Shown piece by piece: positions 31,009 to 40,524 of a DNA stretch of 64,000 nucleotides (position 1 is the first letter of the stretch; every line of letters begins with the position of its first letter). The translations under genes were made by a program, and so were the position numbers. Under the pieces are notes generated by a model. That model was not told where the DNA came from. It worked only from the letters and a program-made list of their open reading frames with translations, and ran no database searches. Source of the DNA: Candidatus Cloacimonadales bacterium (GTDB taxonomy: Bacteria; Cloacimonadota; Cloacimonadia; Cloacimonadales; JAIOQZ01); the NCBI GenBank assembly GCA_963665815.1, contig OY762463.1:1536001-1600000 (forward strand), given 5' to 3'.

Positions 31009-32595
31009 TTATAGTTTTTCGTGTAATAATTTAATAGTCTTCTCTATATCAGGATAAGCCACACGGTCTTTATCCCAGAATGATACATCATTATTTCTTA
31101 GTTTCATCAATAAATTATATGAAGATCCACTCAAGATTTCCTCAAGAGATTTCTCAGATAAATCATCTTCGCATTTCTGTCTTAACTCAAGAGCCTGACA
31201 GGCTACTATCAATTCAATTGCCAGTATTCTTCTTACATTTTCAAGAATCTCTCTTGATTGACGAGCCGCAATTGTTCCCATTGATACATGATCTTCAACA
31301 TCTTCACTGGTTGGAATTGTATCTACGCTTGCAGGATGAGCAATAACTTTGTTTTCGGATGTTAATGCCGCAGCAGTATATTGCATAATCATTACACCTG
31401 AATTAAGTCCCGGATCCAGAGATAGCATTGATGGAAGTCCGTTATTCAGAAATTCTGAAGTCATTTTAAAAATTCTTCGTTCTGAGATATTACCCAGTTC
31501 AGTTAATGCTATCTTAAGAAAATCACTGTATAATGCAACAGGTTCTCCATGGAAATTACCACCTGAATAAAACTTCTGGTCATTCTCAATATCATGAAAA
31601 ATCAGTGGATTATCTGTTACCGCATTTGATTCTCTTTCAAACACATCATGGCACATATCAATTGTATCTTTCACGGCACCTGCAACCTGAGGAAAGCATC
31701 TGAGTGAATAACTGTCCTGTACTTCTCCCGGTCTGGAATCAACAAGCATACTGCCTTTTCTGTATTCATTTATTAAATCAGCAATCTCAAGCTGACCCTT
31801 CTGATTTCTTATCTCGTGTATTTTTCTGAAGTAGGCATGAGAAACACCTTTCAGCGCTTCGAGGGAAGCACAGAATATTTTAACTGAGTTGTGAAGAAGT
31901 ATCTCTGCTTCATGAAGTGATATCGCAGCAATTGCAGTCATCACGTTTGTACCGTTATTAAGTGCAAGACCTTCCTTAGCATCCAGAACAACTCTTTCAA
32001 TCCCGGCTTTTTTCATTGCTTCTTTACCTGAGATTGTCTTGATCTCAGTGTTATCTCTATCAAAATTCTCTTTAATTATTACTCTTCCGCTTTCTTCATC
32101 AACATCATCCGTTTCATCTTTACAGAGAACAAGCATAATATGAGATATCGGAGCCAGATCACCGCTTGCTCCCACGGACCCTTTTTCAGGAACTGCCGGA
32201 TGCACACCTTTATTAAGCATATCAATAAGTGTCTGTAGTGTACTTAATCTTATTCCTGAAAAACCTCTGGATAGAGAGTTAATTCTGAGCAGCATAATTG
32301 CTCTTACGATTTGCACAGGGAGATAGTTTCCTACACCTGTTGAATGGCTGATAATCAGATTTCTCTGCAATTTCTTGAGTTGCTCACGTGCAATTTTACG
32401 GTTCTTCAACGAGCCGAATCCGGTATTTATACCGTAAACAACCTGATCATTATTTACAATTCGTTCAATCTCTTCCCTGCATGTATTAATTCTGCTTTTT
32501 GCTGAATCTGATAAAACTACATTTGCCCTTTGTAATGATATTTCCCAAATTTGTTCAAGGGTTAAATTTGATCCGTCAATTACTATGTTCTTCAT
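31009..32595 (-). CDS. hutH: Histidine ammonia-lyase
   Basis: YGINTGFG; LIISH (His-specific); GSVGASGDLAP; QDSYSLR; GGNFHG; EDHVSMG. Confidence 0.9.
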   Translation of the reverse strand: MKNIVIDGSNLTLEQIWEISLQRANVVLSDSAKSRINTCREEIERIVNNDQVVYGINTGFGSLKNRKIAREQLKKLQRNLIISHSTGVGNYLPVQIVRAIMLLRINSLSRGFSGIRLSTLQTLIDMLNKGVHPAVPEKGSVGASGDLAPISHIMLVLCKDETDDVDEESGRVIIKENFDRDNTEIKTISGKEAMKKAGIERVVLDAKEGLALNNGTNVMTAIAAISLHEAEILLHNSVKIFCASLEALKGVSHAYFRKIHEIRNQKGQLEIADLINEYRKGSMLVDSRPGEVQDSYSLRCFPQVAGAVKDTIDMCHDVFERESNAVTDNPLIFHDIENDQKFYSGGNFHGEPVALYSDFLKIALTELGNISERRIFKMTSEFLNNGLPSMLSLDPGLNSGVMIMQYTAAALTSENKVIAHPASVDTIPTSEDVEDHVSMGTIAARQSREILENVRRILAIELIVACQALELRQKCEDDLSEKSLEEILSGSSYNLLMKLRNNDVSFWDKDRVAYPDIEKTIKLLHEKL

Positions 32596-32799
32596 TTATT
32601 CCTCATGTTCTTTTTTTTGCTACAAAAAACAATTCACTGAATAATTGTCAACAACAGTAAGAAGTATTTACAATCATTTCTGATACATCCGAAAAACAAT
32701 AAAGAACTCAATCTGCTTCAGCATCTTATATTAACAGTAAACACCTGATATGAAACATGTAAAACCTGTTTCCAAAGAAATATTTCTATGATGCTGATA

Positions 32800-33063
32800 C
32801 TACCATCTATCCCAGGTTTTTGCCAGTACTCCTGCCATATGTCCAACAATAACAGAAACCCCAATAGTTATATGCTTAAAAACAGGATTCCCAATTTTAT
32901 CTACTAACGGAAATACGGAAGGAGCAAATTTTGGTGCCATAAAAACAATTACTGCACCAATTGCAGCAAAAACATAGAAACTTCCATTCATCTTCTCATA
33001 CTTGTATGTTTTTACAGTAATGAAAAAAGCAATAACTGCGATAATTAATGTTACAAAAATCAT
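32800..33063 (-). CDS. Small hypothetical membrane protein
   Basis: 87 aa with 2-3 hydrophobic segments; GGAG ribosome site upstream. Confidence 0.6.
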   Translation of the reverse strand: MIFVTLIIAVIAFFITVKTYKYEKMNGSFYVFAAIGAVIVFMAPKFAPSVFPLVDKIGNPVFKHITIGVSVIVGHMAGVLAKTWDRW

Positions 33064-33086
33064 TCAATACTCCACTTCAATAATAA

Positions 33087-34415
33087 TCAATCTGATTCGT
33101 AATTATCAAAAATCAACTCACCGTCAACAATTGAATAAGAAACTTTTTCTCTCTGCTCAACAATATTTACTGATTTCTTCAGAATCCGCAGATATGTTCC
33201 CGGGAAAATCTTTTTAAAAGCTACAATGTGCTTCGGAGCTTCATCGCTTGCAAGCAATGCCTTGTTAATTGACTCCTCGAGCTTTTCTTCATAATCCTGA
33301 ATCAGTTTCTCTACTTTGCTTATCTTATCCGAATTTTCTCCCGGAGATTCCTTTAACTCACTGAGTTTCTTGGATAAAAGCATCATCCTTTCTTTAATAA
33401 AAGGACTTATTGTTATTTCAACTTCTGTTCCTGCTGCAGTGGAATTGCCGATTACAGCTGCTTCGATGTTTTCTCCAGCCTGTACAATACCACCAATTAT
33501 ACAACCCGTTTCCGGGTCTCCTGTTACTGCTTTTTCAGCAACAAGTTTGCAGAAGTTCACTTTGTCCGAAAAGTTTATATTACCTGCAGAATAAATATTT
33601 GAATGATCTGCAGATTGAAAAGTAATTGATTCAGAGGAATATACTCCACCTGATCTACAATTAAGAATGTCACCCTTAACATCTACTTTTCTTTCACATT
33701 GAATATGAGCATCATTAATGTCTCCGAAAACAGTCAATCTACCGGTAAGTTCAATCACAATCTTTTCTTTAATATTACCATTGACTGTCAGATTCCCATT
33801 CATGGAAAAATTGTCGTACTTTAAATCAAGATCATGATGTATAACAAAATTTGAGTATACATTCACTTTGCCATCTGCATCAATATATGGATAGCCGTCA
33901 TCATCAGCAATAAGTTGATGACTGTCAGCTGAGTAGGACACGCCTTCTCCAATGAACTGACTTATGAGGTCATCATCGTTGCTTTCAGTAACAATTTCTT
34001 TTCCCCAGATATCAATACCATTTTTAGAGAATCTTGTTATATAAATATGTGCCAGAGCTTCACCTCTGGAGACACACTCATAATCCTGAAGTTTTGCAAA
34101 GTCATCCTCAAAACCAGCAACATCAATGCTCAATTTCTCATCAAAGAGAAGTTGAAATTCTACCTGTGGTTTAACCGGTGCTTCGCCTTCTGCAATAAGG
34201 AAAGGAACATCAAACTCCTTCGGAATATACTTCATATTCGGGCTCAGGATTTCTTTGTCTATTCCTGCTTCATTCAATAACTGCACAATTTCAGTTTCAT
34301 CTATAAGATGATCTCTTTTGAATAAAGTCATATATGCTTCAGATCCATGATTCCTGATCTCAACCTTTATGAGACCTGATTCACTTAAAAATTCTTTTTC
34401 CATAGTACTATCCAT
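33087..34415 (-). CDS. FapA/DUF342-family protein
   Basis: IAEGEAPV, GIDIWGKEI, beta-helix repeats (GNLTVNGNI), IIGG, IFPGT. Confidence 0.85.
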   Translation of the reverse strand: MDSTMEKEFLSESGLIKVEIRNHGSEAYMTLFKRDHLIDETEIVQLLNEAGIDKEILSPNMKYIPKEFDVPFLIAEGEAPVKPQVEFQLLFDEKLSIDVAGFEDDFAKLQDYECVSRGEALAHIYITRFSKNGIDIWGKEIVTESNDDDLISQFIGEGVSYSADSHQLIADDDGYPYIDADGKVNVYSNFVIHHDLDLKYDNFSMNGNLTVNGNIKEKIVIELTGRLTVFGDINDAHIQCERKVDVKGDILNCRSGGVYSSESITFQSADHSNIYSAGNINFSDKVNFCKLVAEKAVTGDPETGCIIGGIVQAGENIEAAVIGNSTAAGTEVEITISPFIKERMMLLSKKLSELKESPGENSDKISKVEKLIQDYEEKLEESINKALLASDEAPKHIVAFKKIFPGTYLRILKKSVNIVEQREKVSYSIVDGELIFDNYESD

Positions 34416-35046
34416 TATTCTTCAAAGCAATAAAGCTGATTTGTCGTTGATCAGTTTTATCTCTTCTATATGAGTTAAATTTTATATCTTCGAAAGTACA
34501 AATTTCAATATCATCAATATTCTTTTTTGAAATACCATTTTGTAATAATTCATATTCAGCAGCAGCTTTCAAGTTAATCTTACAACCTGTCTGCTTCACT
34601 TCAGTGCATTCAACAAATCGATTGAAAGTCTTTTTATCAACTGAATAATGTTTTTCAGAAACAGCAGGTCCCAATACTGCAATAATATCATCAGAATCTG
34701 TGTTATATTCTTCTTCCATTGCAGAAATAGTTTTTGTCAAAATGTGTTTTTCCAGTCCTGCTCTACCACAATGAACCGCTGCAACCACTTTTTTTCGGGA
34801 ATCGTAAAGAAGAATCGGAATACAGTCTGCTGTTTTAACGCATAACTTAATATTTTTCACCTGCGTTACTAACGAATCGCATTCTTTGACATCAAAATTA
34901 CTTTTTATTATATTAATATCATTCCCATGAACCTGTTTCATAATCACAGTATTCTTATCTGAGACTAACAAGTCAAAGTCATTTCTGTTACCAAAACCAT
35001 GCTCAATAACATCACTGAAATCCGCTAAAAGATCAGAACAGAGCAT
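34408..35046 (-). CDS. pgeF: PgeF/YfiH laccase-domain protein (purine nucleoside phosphorylase-like)
   Basis: QVHG, TADCIPILL, AVHCGR, CT...SYRRD. Confidence 0.92.
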   Translation of the reverse strand: MLCSDLLADFSDVIEHGFGNRNDFDLLVSDKNTVIMKQVHGNDINIIKSNFDVKECDSLVTQVKNIKLCVKTADCIPILLYDSRKKVVAAVHCGRAGLEKHILTKTISAMEEEYNTDSDDIIAVLGPAVSEKHYSVDKKTFNRFVECTEVKQTGCKINLKAAAEYELLQNGISKKNIDDIEICTFEDIKFNSYRRDKTDQRQISFIALKNNG

Positions 35047-35051
35047 AATAT

Positions 35052-36056
35052 TTAGAATGATTCGTCATCAGAATCATCGTTAAACATGACCATTTTAGTA
35101 TTTCCGCCATATTCATCAAACTGGAATGAACCTGAATGCTTAAATTTATCAAGAATTGTTTTTATCCGGTCAACAGCATCTTCAACCCGAGCAATATACT
35201 TCTTGTTCTGATCCGAAATTGTTTCAGGTGAAGATGTTAACTGAAGCATTTCCAAGTTGCCCTTAATAATCATCAATGGCTGATTAATCTCGTGATTAGC
35301 CGTAACGGCCATTGCAAGAACAGAACTTTTTCGTTCAAGACTTAGAATTTCTTCCTGGGCTTCTCTGAGCTGCTTGTAAGACTGCTTCAATCCGAGTTCT
35401 GCTTTCACTCGTTCGTCAATATCAACCAGAATACCAATTATCGAAGAAATATTTCCACGATTATCAAAGATCGCTGAAACGGAATAATCCACCCAGAAAT
35501 ACTTACCATTCTTTTTAACAACACGTTTTTGTATTCTGTAATGATCTATTTTACCATCAACTATTTTCCTGAAATAGAAAGAGCACTGCTCCTGATCATC
35601 AGGATGAGTCACATCCAGAATTTTCTTTTCATATATCTCTGCTTCCGTATAACCAAGCATATCCAGAAAATTGTTGTTTACAAAACTGTATTTTCCTCTG
35701 ATATCAACTTTTTCTATCCCGACAACAGCGTTATCGAATATAGCTCTCAAATTGCTTTCCTGTTCTTCAAGGCGCTCAAGAGCAAGAATTTTCTCCTGAT
35801 GTTCAGATTCAAGATTCTCCTGAACACGAATGAGTTTCATCTGAGCAGCATCACCTACTTTGGTGACCTTCATCATTTTTCTGAGAAGCTTGTAATACTG
35901 CCTGTGGATTTCTCCTGCAAAGGATTTGAAATCATCATCATCCTGCATTGTCTCCAGTTGCTTCAGGAAGTTAGAGTAAATATCATATTCTTTTCTGAAA
36001 AACTTTTTTATCTCATGATCTTTGTTATCTTCATCATGAATGAAACTGTTATCCAT
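35052..36056 (-). CDS. SiaD-like N-terminal helix + PAS/PAC + HisKA dimerisation domain, with no ATPase domain
   Basis: YYKLLRKMMKVTKVGDAAQ; PAS (VNNNFLDMLGY, THPDD, VDIDERV); ANHEINQPL; protein ends about 75 aa after the His. Confidence 0.8.
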   Translation of the reverse strand: MDNSFIHDEDNKDHEIKKFFRKEYDIYSNFLKQLETMQDDDDFKSFAGEIHRQYYKLLRKMMKVTKVGDAAQMKLIRVQENLESEHQEKILALERLEEQESNLRAIFDNAVVGIEKVDIRGKYSFVNNNFLDMLGYTEAEIYEKKILDVTHPDDQEQCSFYFRKIVDGKIDHYRIQKRVVKKNGKYFWVDYSVSAIFDNRGNISSIIGILVDIDERVKAELGLKQSYKQLREAQEEILSLERKSSVLAMAVTANHEINQPLMIIKGNLEMLQLTSSPETISDQNKKYIARVEDAVDRIKTILDKFKHSGSFQFDEYGGNTKMVMFNDDSDDESF

Positions 36057-36068
36057 ATATACTCCGAA

Positions 36069-36443
36069 TTAATATTCGATAAGGTCATAACTGAAATTCA
36101 TATCTTCCAGCAGCTCTTCCCCTGACTCAAGTATTTCTTCATCATCTTCTTCATAATACCATGCCACATGAACCGATCCGCCGACTTCGTGATACCCGTC
36201 AAGAATCTCAAAAAAATCAAGCAGACACTTTGAAGAACTACTATTTAGATAGTTCAGTTTAACCTTTATTTGTAAAGATTTTTTTACCTTCTCTACATAT
36301 TCTTCAATCCAATCATTTAAAGGCTCAAAGAAATTTATTGCATCTTCGGGATAAGAATTACCACTCATTTTCAGAATACCTGATTCAACGTCAAAATTGA
36401 CTTCCATGGTATATTTTGTTCCATCTATTTGTAAATTCTTCAT
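36069..36443 (-). CDS. siaC: SiaC-family (DUF1987) phosphoswitch protein
   Basis: GNSYPEDA, LNYLNSSSSK, VAWYYEEDDE; ATG at 36443 overlaps the siaB stop (ATGA). Confidence 0.9.
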   Translation of the reverse strand: MKNLQIDGTKYTMEVNFDVESGILKMSGNSYPEDAINFFEPLNDWIEEYVEKVKKSLQIKVKLNYLNSSSSKCLLDFFEILDGYHEVGGSVHVAWYYEEDDEEILESGEELLEDMNFSYDLIEY

Positions 36444-37009
36444 GCACATTCCTTTTCAAGTAAAATAAAGAAGCTGACAAACGAATGTTCATCATCAATC
36501 GGCTTTACTTTAACTTCCAGAGGTCCGGACGATTTTCTTACAATATCAATTAAACCGAGCCCTGCACCACGTTGTCCTGCATCCCTGTTTGCTTTCATTT
36601 TCTCTTTTCTCATTACTTTTAACTCATCCGGAGAAAGCGAGTTAAGATAAGTAAACTGTTCAGTTATCCATTTTTCCTTTTCTTTAGTAACAACATTTCC
36701 GGAAATTATATGATATGATTCGGCATATTCATTAACGAGAACAATGCCGGAACCTATCAGTTTTCCGTCAACTTCGTACTTTTCCTCTGAATAACGGTGG
36801 ATATTCTGAGCAAGTTCAACAAATATTGAAAACATTTTCTTTGTTGTTTTTCTTTTCGAATCATTAGACAGATTATTCTTAAGCATTTCTGCAAGAACAA
36901 CCAGAATATCTTGAGTCAATATACCTTTAAACATGAGTATAGTTTTTGCTAACTCAACATGCGAATATAGTTTAAACAAATATGAATCATTATCATTTCT
37001 CTGATCCAT
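36440..37009 (-). CDS. siaB: SiaB-family protein kinase (DUF6272)
   Basis: FSIFVELAQNIHRY, SGN, GAGLGLIDIVRKS. Confidence 0.9.
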   Translation of the reverse strand: MDQRNDNDSYLFKLYSHVELAKTILMFKGILTQDILVVLAEMLKNNLSNDSKRKTTKKMFSIFVELAQNIHRYSEEKYEVDGKLIGSGIVLVNEYAESYHIISGNVVTKEKEKWITEQFTYLNSLSPDELKVMRKEKMKANRDAGQRGAGLGLIDIVRKSSGPLEVKVKPIDDEHSFVSFFILLEKECA

Positions 37010-37082
37010 GCGAACTCCTTATAAGACGTTTTCATATTAAGTCAGGTCTTTTGTCAACCTAACTCTCACAAATATTTATAAT

Positions 37083-40000
37083 TTAATCTTTTTTTATTCT
37101 GATTCCGACGATAGTAATATCATCTCTCTGCTTTTCAGATCCCTTATGTCTTGATAGTGCTTTATTAATTTTTTCTGACTGAATGGACATATCTCTTTCG
37201 TATAACGAAACAAGTAGATCCTTCAATTTACGGGAACCGAATTTCTTGTTATCCGAGTTTGCCTGATCAACATATCCATCGGTTGTCAGATAGAATATAT
37301 CATTATTTTCCAGTGTAATATCAGTATTTGAATACTTTCTTTCCTTTTTCCTGCTGCGACCACCAATTCCTTTTCGGGAGCATTTTATTGTATCAAATTC
37401 AATATGTCCATTACGTTTTCTTACTGCATAAAGAGGTCTGCCTGCACCGGCAAAACATAATGAGTTCCTATTCTTATCAAGTCTTACCAGACATACTTCC
37501 ATACCATCAATAGCTTCTGCGTTATCATTAGTCTGTTTTAGAATACGCTGCATATCCTGATGCATTTTCAACAGAATCTCCGCAGGATCAAAAATTCTTT
37601 CCTGACGAATAATTTCTGTGAGAAGCATGTGTCCTATAACTGATAAAAGAGCTCCTGGAACACCATGGCCTGTACAATCAACTACAACCAGAAAATCGTA
37701 ATCGTCAATCTCTGTTGACCAGTAAAAATCACCAGCAATAATATCTCGTGGTTTATAACATACAAAGCACTCGGAATACTGTTGATTAATTCTCTCTTGC
37801 TGTGGCAGGAAAGCATGTTGAATACGCTCGGAATATCTGATGCTGCTCATAATCTGTTCGTTTTTCTCTTTTACTTCAGCAGTTCTGACAGAAACTTCTT
37901 TTTCAAGTTCCTCAGTTCTTTTCTGCAATGCTTTTGTTCTCTGTCTGAATATTGCTATCACTATCAGAACAGCAGCTGCAATTTCAAACAGAATAAACCA
38001 TATTGTTTTCCAGAAAGGCGGATTAACCTTAAGAGGAATTCTCAGTACTTCACTCTCATTACCTGACATATCAATTGCTTTAAGCATAAACACATAGTGT
38101 CCGGCATTAAGGTTTGTATACCTGATTTTTCTCTCTTCTGTTTTGTCTGACCAGAAACTGTCAAAGTTCAGAAGCTGATATTGAAAACGGACATTCTCAG
38201 GATTTTTATAATCAAGAGCAATAAACTCAAAGGTTAGATTATTATTATCATAGTTAAAAACATATTCTTCATCACTCAATTTTTCCGGGACACCTTTGTC
38301 TGCAGCAAAATTAGTCAATATTACAACCGGTGGAATTGTATCAATAACAACTACTTCCGGATCTATTGTCATAACACCGAAAGAAGAAGAAAACCAAAGT
38401 TTTCCTTCCCTGTCTTTATAAGCTCCGGTTGTTCTGGTTGCATTGGCAATCATTCCGTCCACTTCAGAATAATACGTGTACCTTTCTCCGTCATACTCAT
38501 AAATACCGTTAATTGTACCTATCCATATATGACCATTATCATCCTTGACAAGCGATTTGATAATTTCCGCATTTTCAAAAGGTTCTTTTATCATTTCTGT
38601 ATATGTTTTGCTTTTCTTGTTGAAAACAGCTATTCCTTCACCATAAGTTGCACACCAGATATTTTCTTCATCTATTGAAACAAGACCTACCATTGTTGAT
38701 GTAAAGTATTTCGAGTCAGGACTGTATTCATTCAGAATCTGACCCTGTTTATTCATCTGGATCAAACCTTTGTCGGCTGATGCCATCCAGAGATATCCAT
38801 CCTTATCTTCCTCTATCTGATATATCCCGTAATCCTCACCAAGATCATATACTTTATACCTGTTTCCGTAGAATTTGATCATTTTATCATCACGTTGAGC
38901 CCAGACGCTGCCATCAGAATCAGTAAAAATTTCAGTAACATAAGATGTTGATTCATCCAGTTCGCGAGGAACTCTGTTTACAAATTTTCTCCCATTGAAA
39001 GAGTGTATTCCTCCGTTATATGTACCGACCCAGATTACATTGTTGTGATCAATATCAAGTGCCCAGGCATCATTATGAGTAATTCCATCCCCTGTATTAT
39101 ATGTTTTTATTGATCCATCTTTCATAATTCTGGCAATACCATCATCTGTGGATACCCAGTAACTGCCGTCCTTTCCTTCAACAATGTTATTTGTTCCGGA
39201 ACTAGGTAGCCCATTGATTATCGTATAATTGGATATCTTCCCTCTGTTCATTTTATCAATTCCTGCCCCATTTGTTCCAAGCCAGATATTCTCTTCCCTG
39301 TCGATGAACATCACATTTATATTGTTATTGGAAAAACCATTAGATGTAGTATAAAGACGAGTATCTCCTGTTGCCAGATCACAGGAAAACAATCCTTCCG
39401 AACTTGAAAACAATAATTCGTTTGAAAACACCAGAGCATTTCTGATTACTGCATCTTTGAAAATCTTGTGTCTGATTCTTGTCTTAAGCTTTTCAATTTT
39501 CAAAGTACGAAGATCAAAAGCATAAAGTACCCCATTTTTATCATACATCCATACCCTGTCTTTGTAATCATGAAAAATTTCATTCTTATCCCAGGTATGG
39601 ATAAAGTCACTGTCTGTTGTTTTCAGAAATTCTTTAAAAATTCCCTTCCCCGGATTACAGTATGTCCAGACATTCATTTTTGTATCAGAATCAACTATGT
39701 AATGAAAATACACTGAATCACCATACTGTATGAAGCCTGAATAATCATCTTCATTGTATGAAGTAGCAAAATTCTTTTTATGCCATTCAACAAATTCTTT
39801 TTTACCCAGATCAATCATATATGAATATGTCTTTGCTTCTCTTGTAACATATAATTGTATAATTTCTTTTGTCAGAAATATAACCGATACACTTTCATCC
39901 ACATCTATGCCCATTCCTTCAAAATTAAGAATGGAATCAAATGATTTTGAGTTGTGATTGTATTTCCTGATTTCTCTGGAGGTTGTAACATATACATTAA

Positions 40001-40394
40001 TATAGTTTGAGTCAGATTCTGTAGCAATATCAATAATCTCTTCTTTGAATTCCGTACTGAAATAATTCTGATCATACCTGAAAGAATGATTATTATCCAT
40101 AACTGAAAATGACTCTGAGCCTATGAAATACAGTATTCCATCGTCATCATACATTCTACTGAGAGCATTTTCTGTCAAACCATTGGCAATAGTATAATTT
40201 TCGAAATGCCGACCGTCAAACTTACTGGCTCCCCCCTGGGTTAAAAACCAGATGAATCCTTCTTTATCTTTGTAAATATCCAGAATCTGGTTCTGAGTAA
40301 GTCCATCTTTTGTGTTATAATTTTTCACAGGCAGCATCTGCCCCATCAGACTTGCAACAATGAAACAGAGAGTTATTGTAAGTATTAGACGCAT
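37083..40394 (-). CDS. Membrane sensor phosphatase: periplasmic propeller repeats + Y_Y_Y + TM + SpoIIE/PP2C (SiaA equivalent)
   Basis: Repeated DxEGxIWxGT/GL units; YTNLNAGHYVF; PPFWKTIWF; DCTGHGVPGA, TDGYVDQ, QRDDIT. Confidence 0.9.
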   Translation of the reverse strand: MRLILTITLCFIVASLMGQMLPVKNYNTKDGLTQNQILDIYKDKEGFIWFLTQGGASKFDGRHFENYTIANGLTENALSRMYDDDGILYFIGSESFSVMDNNHSFRYDQNYFSTEFKEEIIDIATESDSNYINVYVTTSREIRKYNHNSKSFDSILNFEGMGIDVDESVSVIFLTKEIIQLYVTREAKTYSYMIDLGKKEFVEWHKKNFATSYNEDDYSGFIQYGDSVYFHYIVDSDTKMNVWTYCNPGKGIFKEFLKTTDSDFIHTWDKNEIFHDYKDRVWMYDKNGVLYAFDLRTLKIEKLKTRIRHKIFKDAVIRNALVFSNELLFSSSEGLFSCDLATGDTRLYTTSNGFSNNNINVMFIDREENIWLGTNGAGIDKMNRGKISNYTIINGLPSSGTNNIVEGKDGSYWVSTDDGIARIMKDGSIKTYNTGDGITHNDAWALDIDHNNVIWVGTYNGGIHSFNGRKFVNRVPRELDESTSYVTEIFTDSDGSVWAQRDDKMIKFYGNRYKVYDLGEDYGIYQIEEDKDGYLWMASADKGLIQMNKQGQILNEYSPDSKYFTSTMVGLVSIDEENIWCATYGEGIAVFNKKSKTYTEMIKEPFENAEIIKSLVKDDNGHIWIGTINGIYEYDGERYTYYSEVDGMIANATRTTGAYKDREGKLWFSSSFGVMTIDPEVVVIDTIPPVVILTNFAADKGVPEKLSDEEYVFNYDNNNLTFEFIALDYKNPENVRFQYQLLNFDSFWSDKTEERKIRYTNLNAGHYVFMLKAIDMSGNESEVLRIPLKVNPPFWKTIWFILFEIAAAVLIVIAIFRQRTKALQKRTEELEKEVSVRTAEVKEKNEQIMSSIRYSERIQHAFLPQQERINQQYSECFVCYKPRDIIAGDFYWSTEIDDYDFLVVVDCTGHGVPGALLSVIGHMLLTEIIRQERIFDPAEILLKMHQDMQRILKQTNDNAEAIDGMEVCLVRLDKNRNSLCFAGAGRPLYAVRKRNGHIEFDTIKCSRKGIGGRSRKKERKYSNTDITLENNDIFYLTTDGYVDQANSDNKKFGSRKLKDLLVSLYERDMSIQSEKINKALSRHKGSEKQRDDITIVGIRIKKD

Positions 40395-40524
40395 AATTTC
40401 CTCTTGACGTAAAAAAGATTATCAATATAAGTAAGAAAACTGTTTTTTTGTAAAGGAATATTTATTTTTTTAAGATTCTATTGTATTAATTAATGGTATT
40501 TTAAAATACTTTACCGGAGGATAA

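Noticed and set aside
40485-40509. Palindromes ATTAATTAAT and GTATTTTAAAATAC in the divergent promoter region
   Set aside because: Almost pure A/T in an AT-rich gap, likely chance, and no second copy was seen
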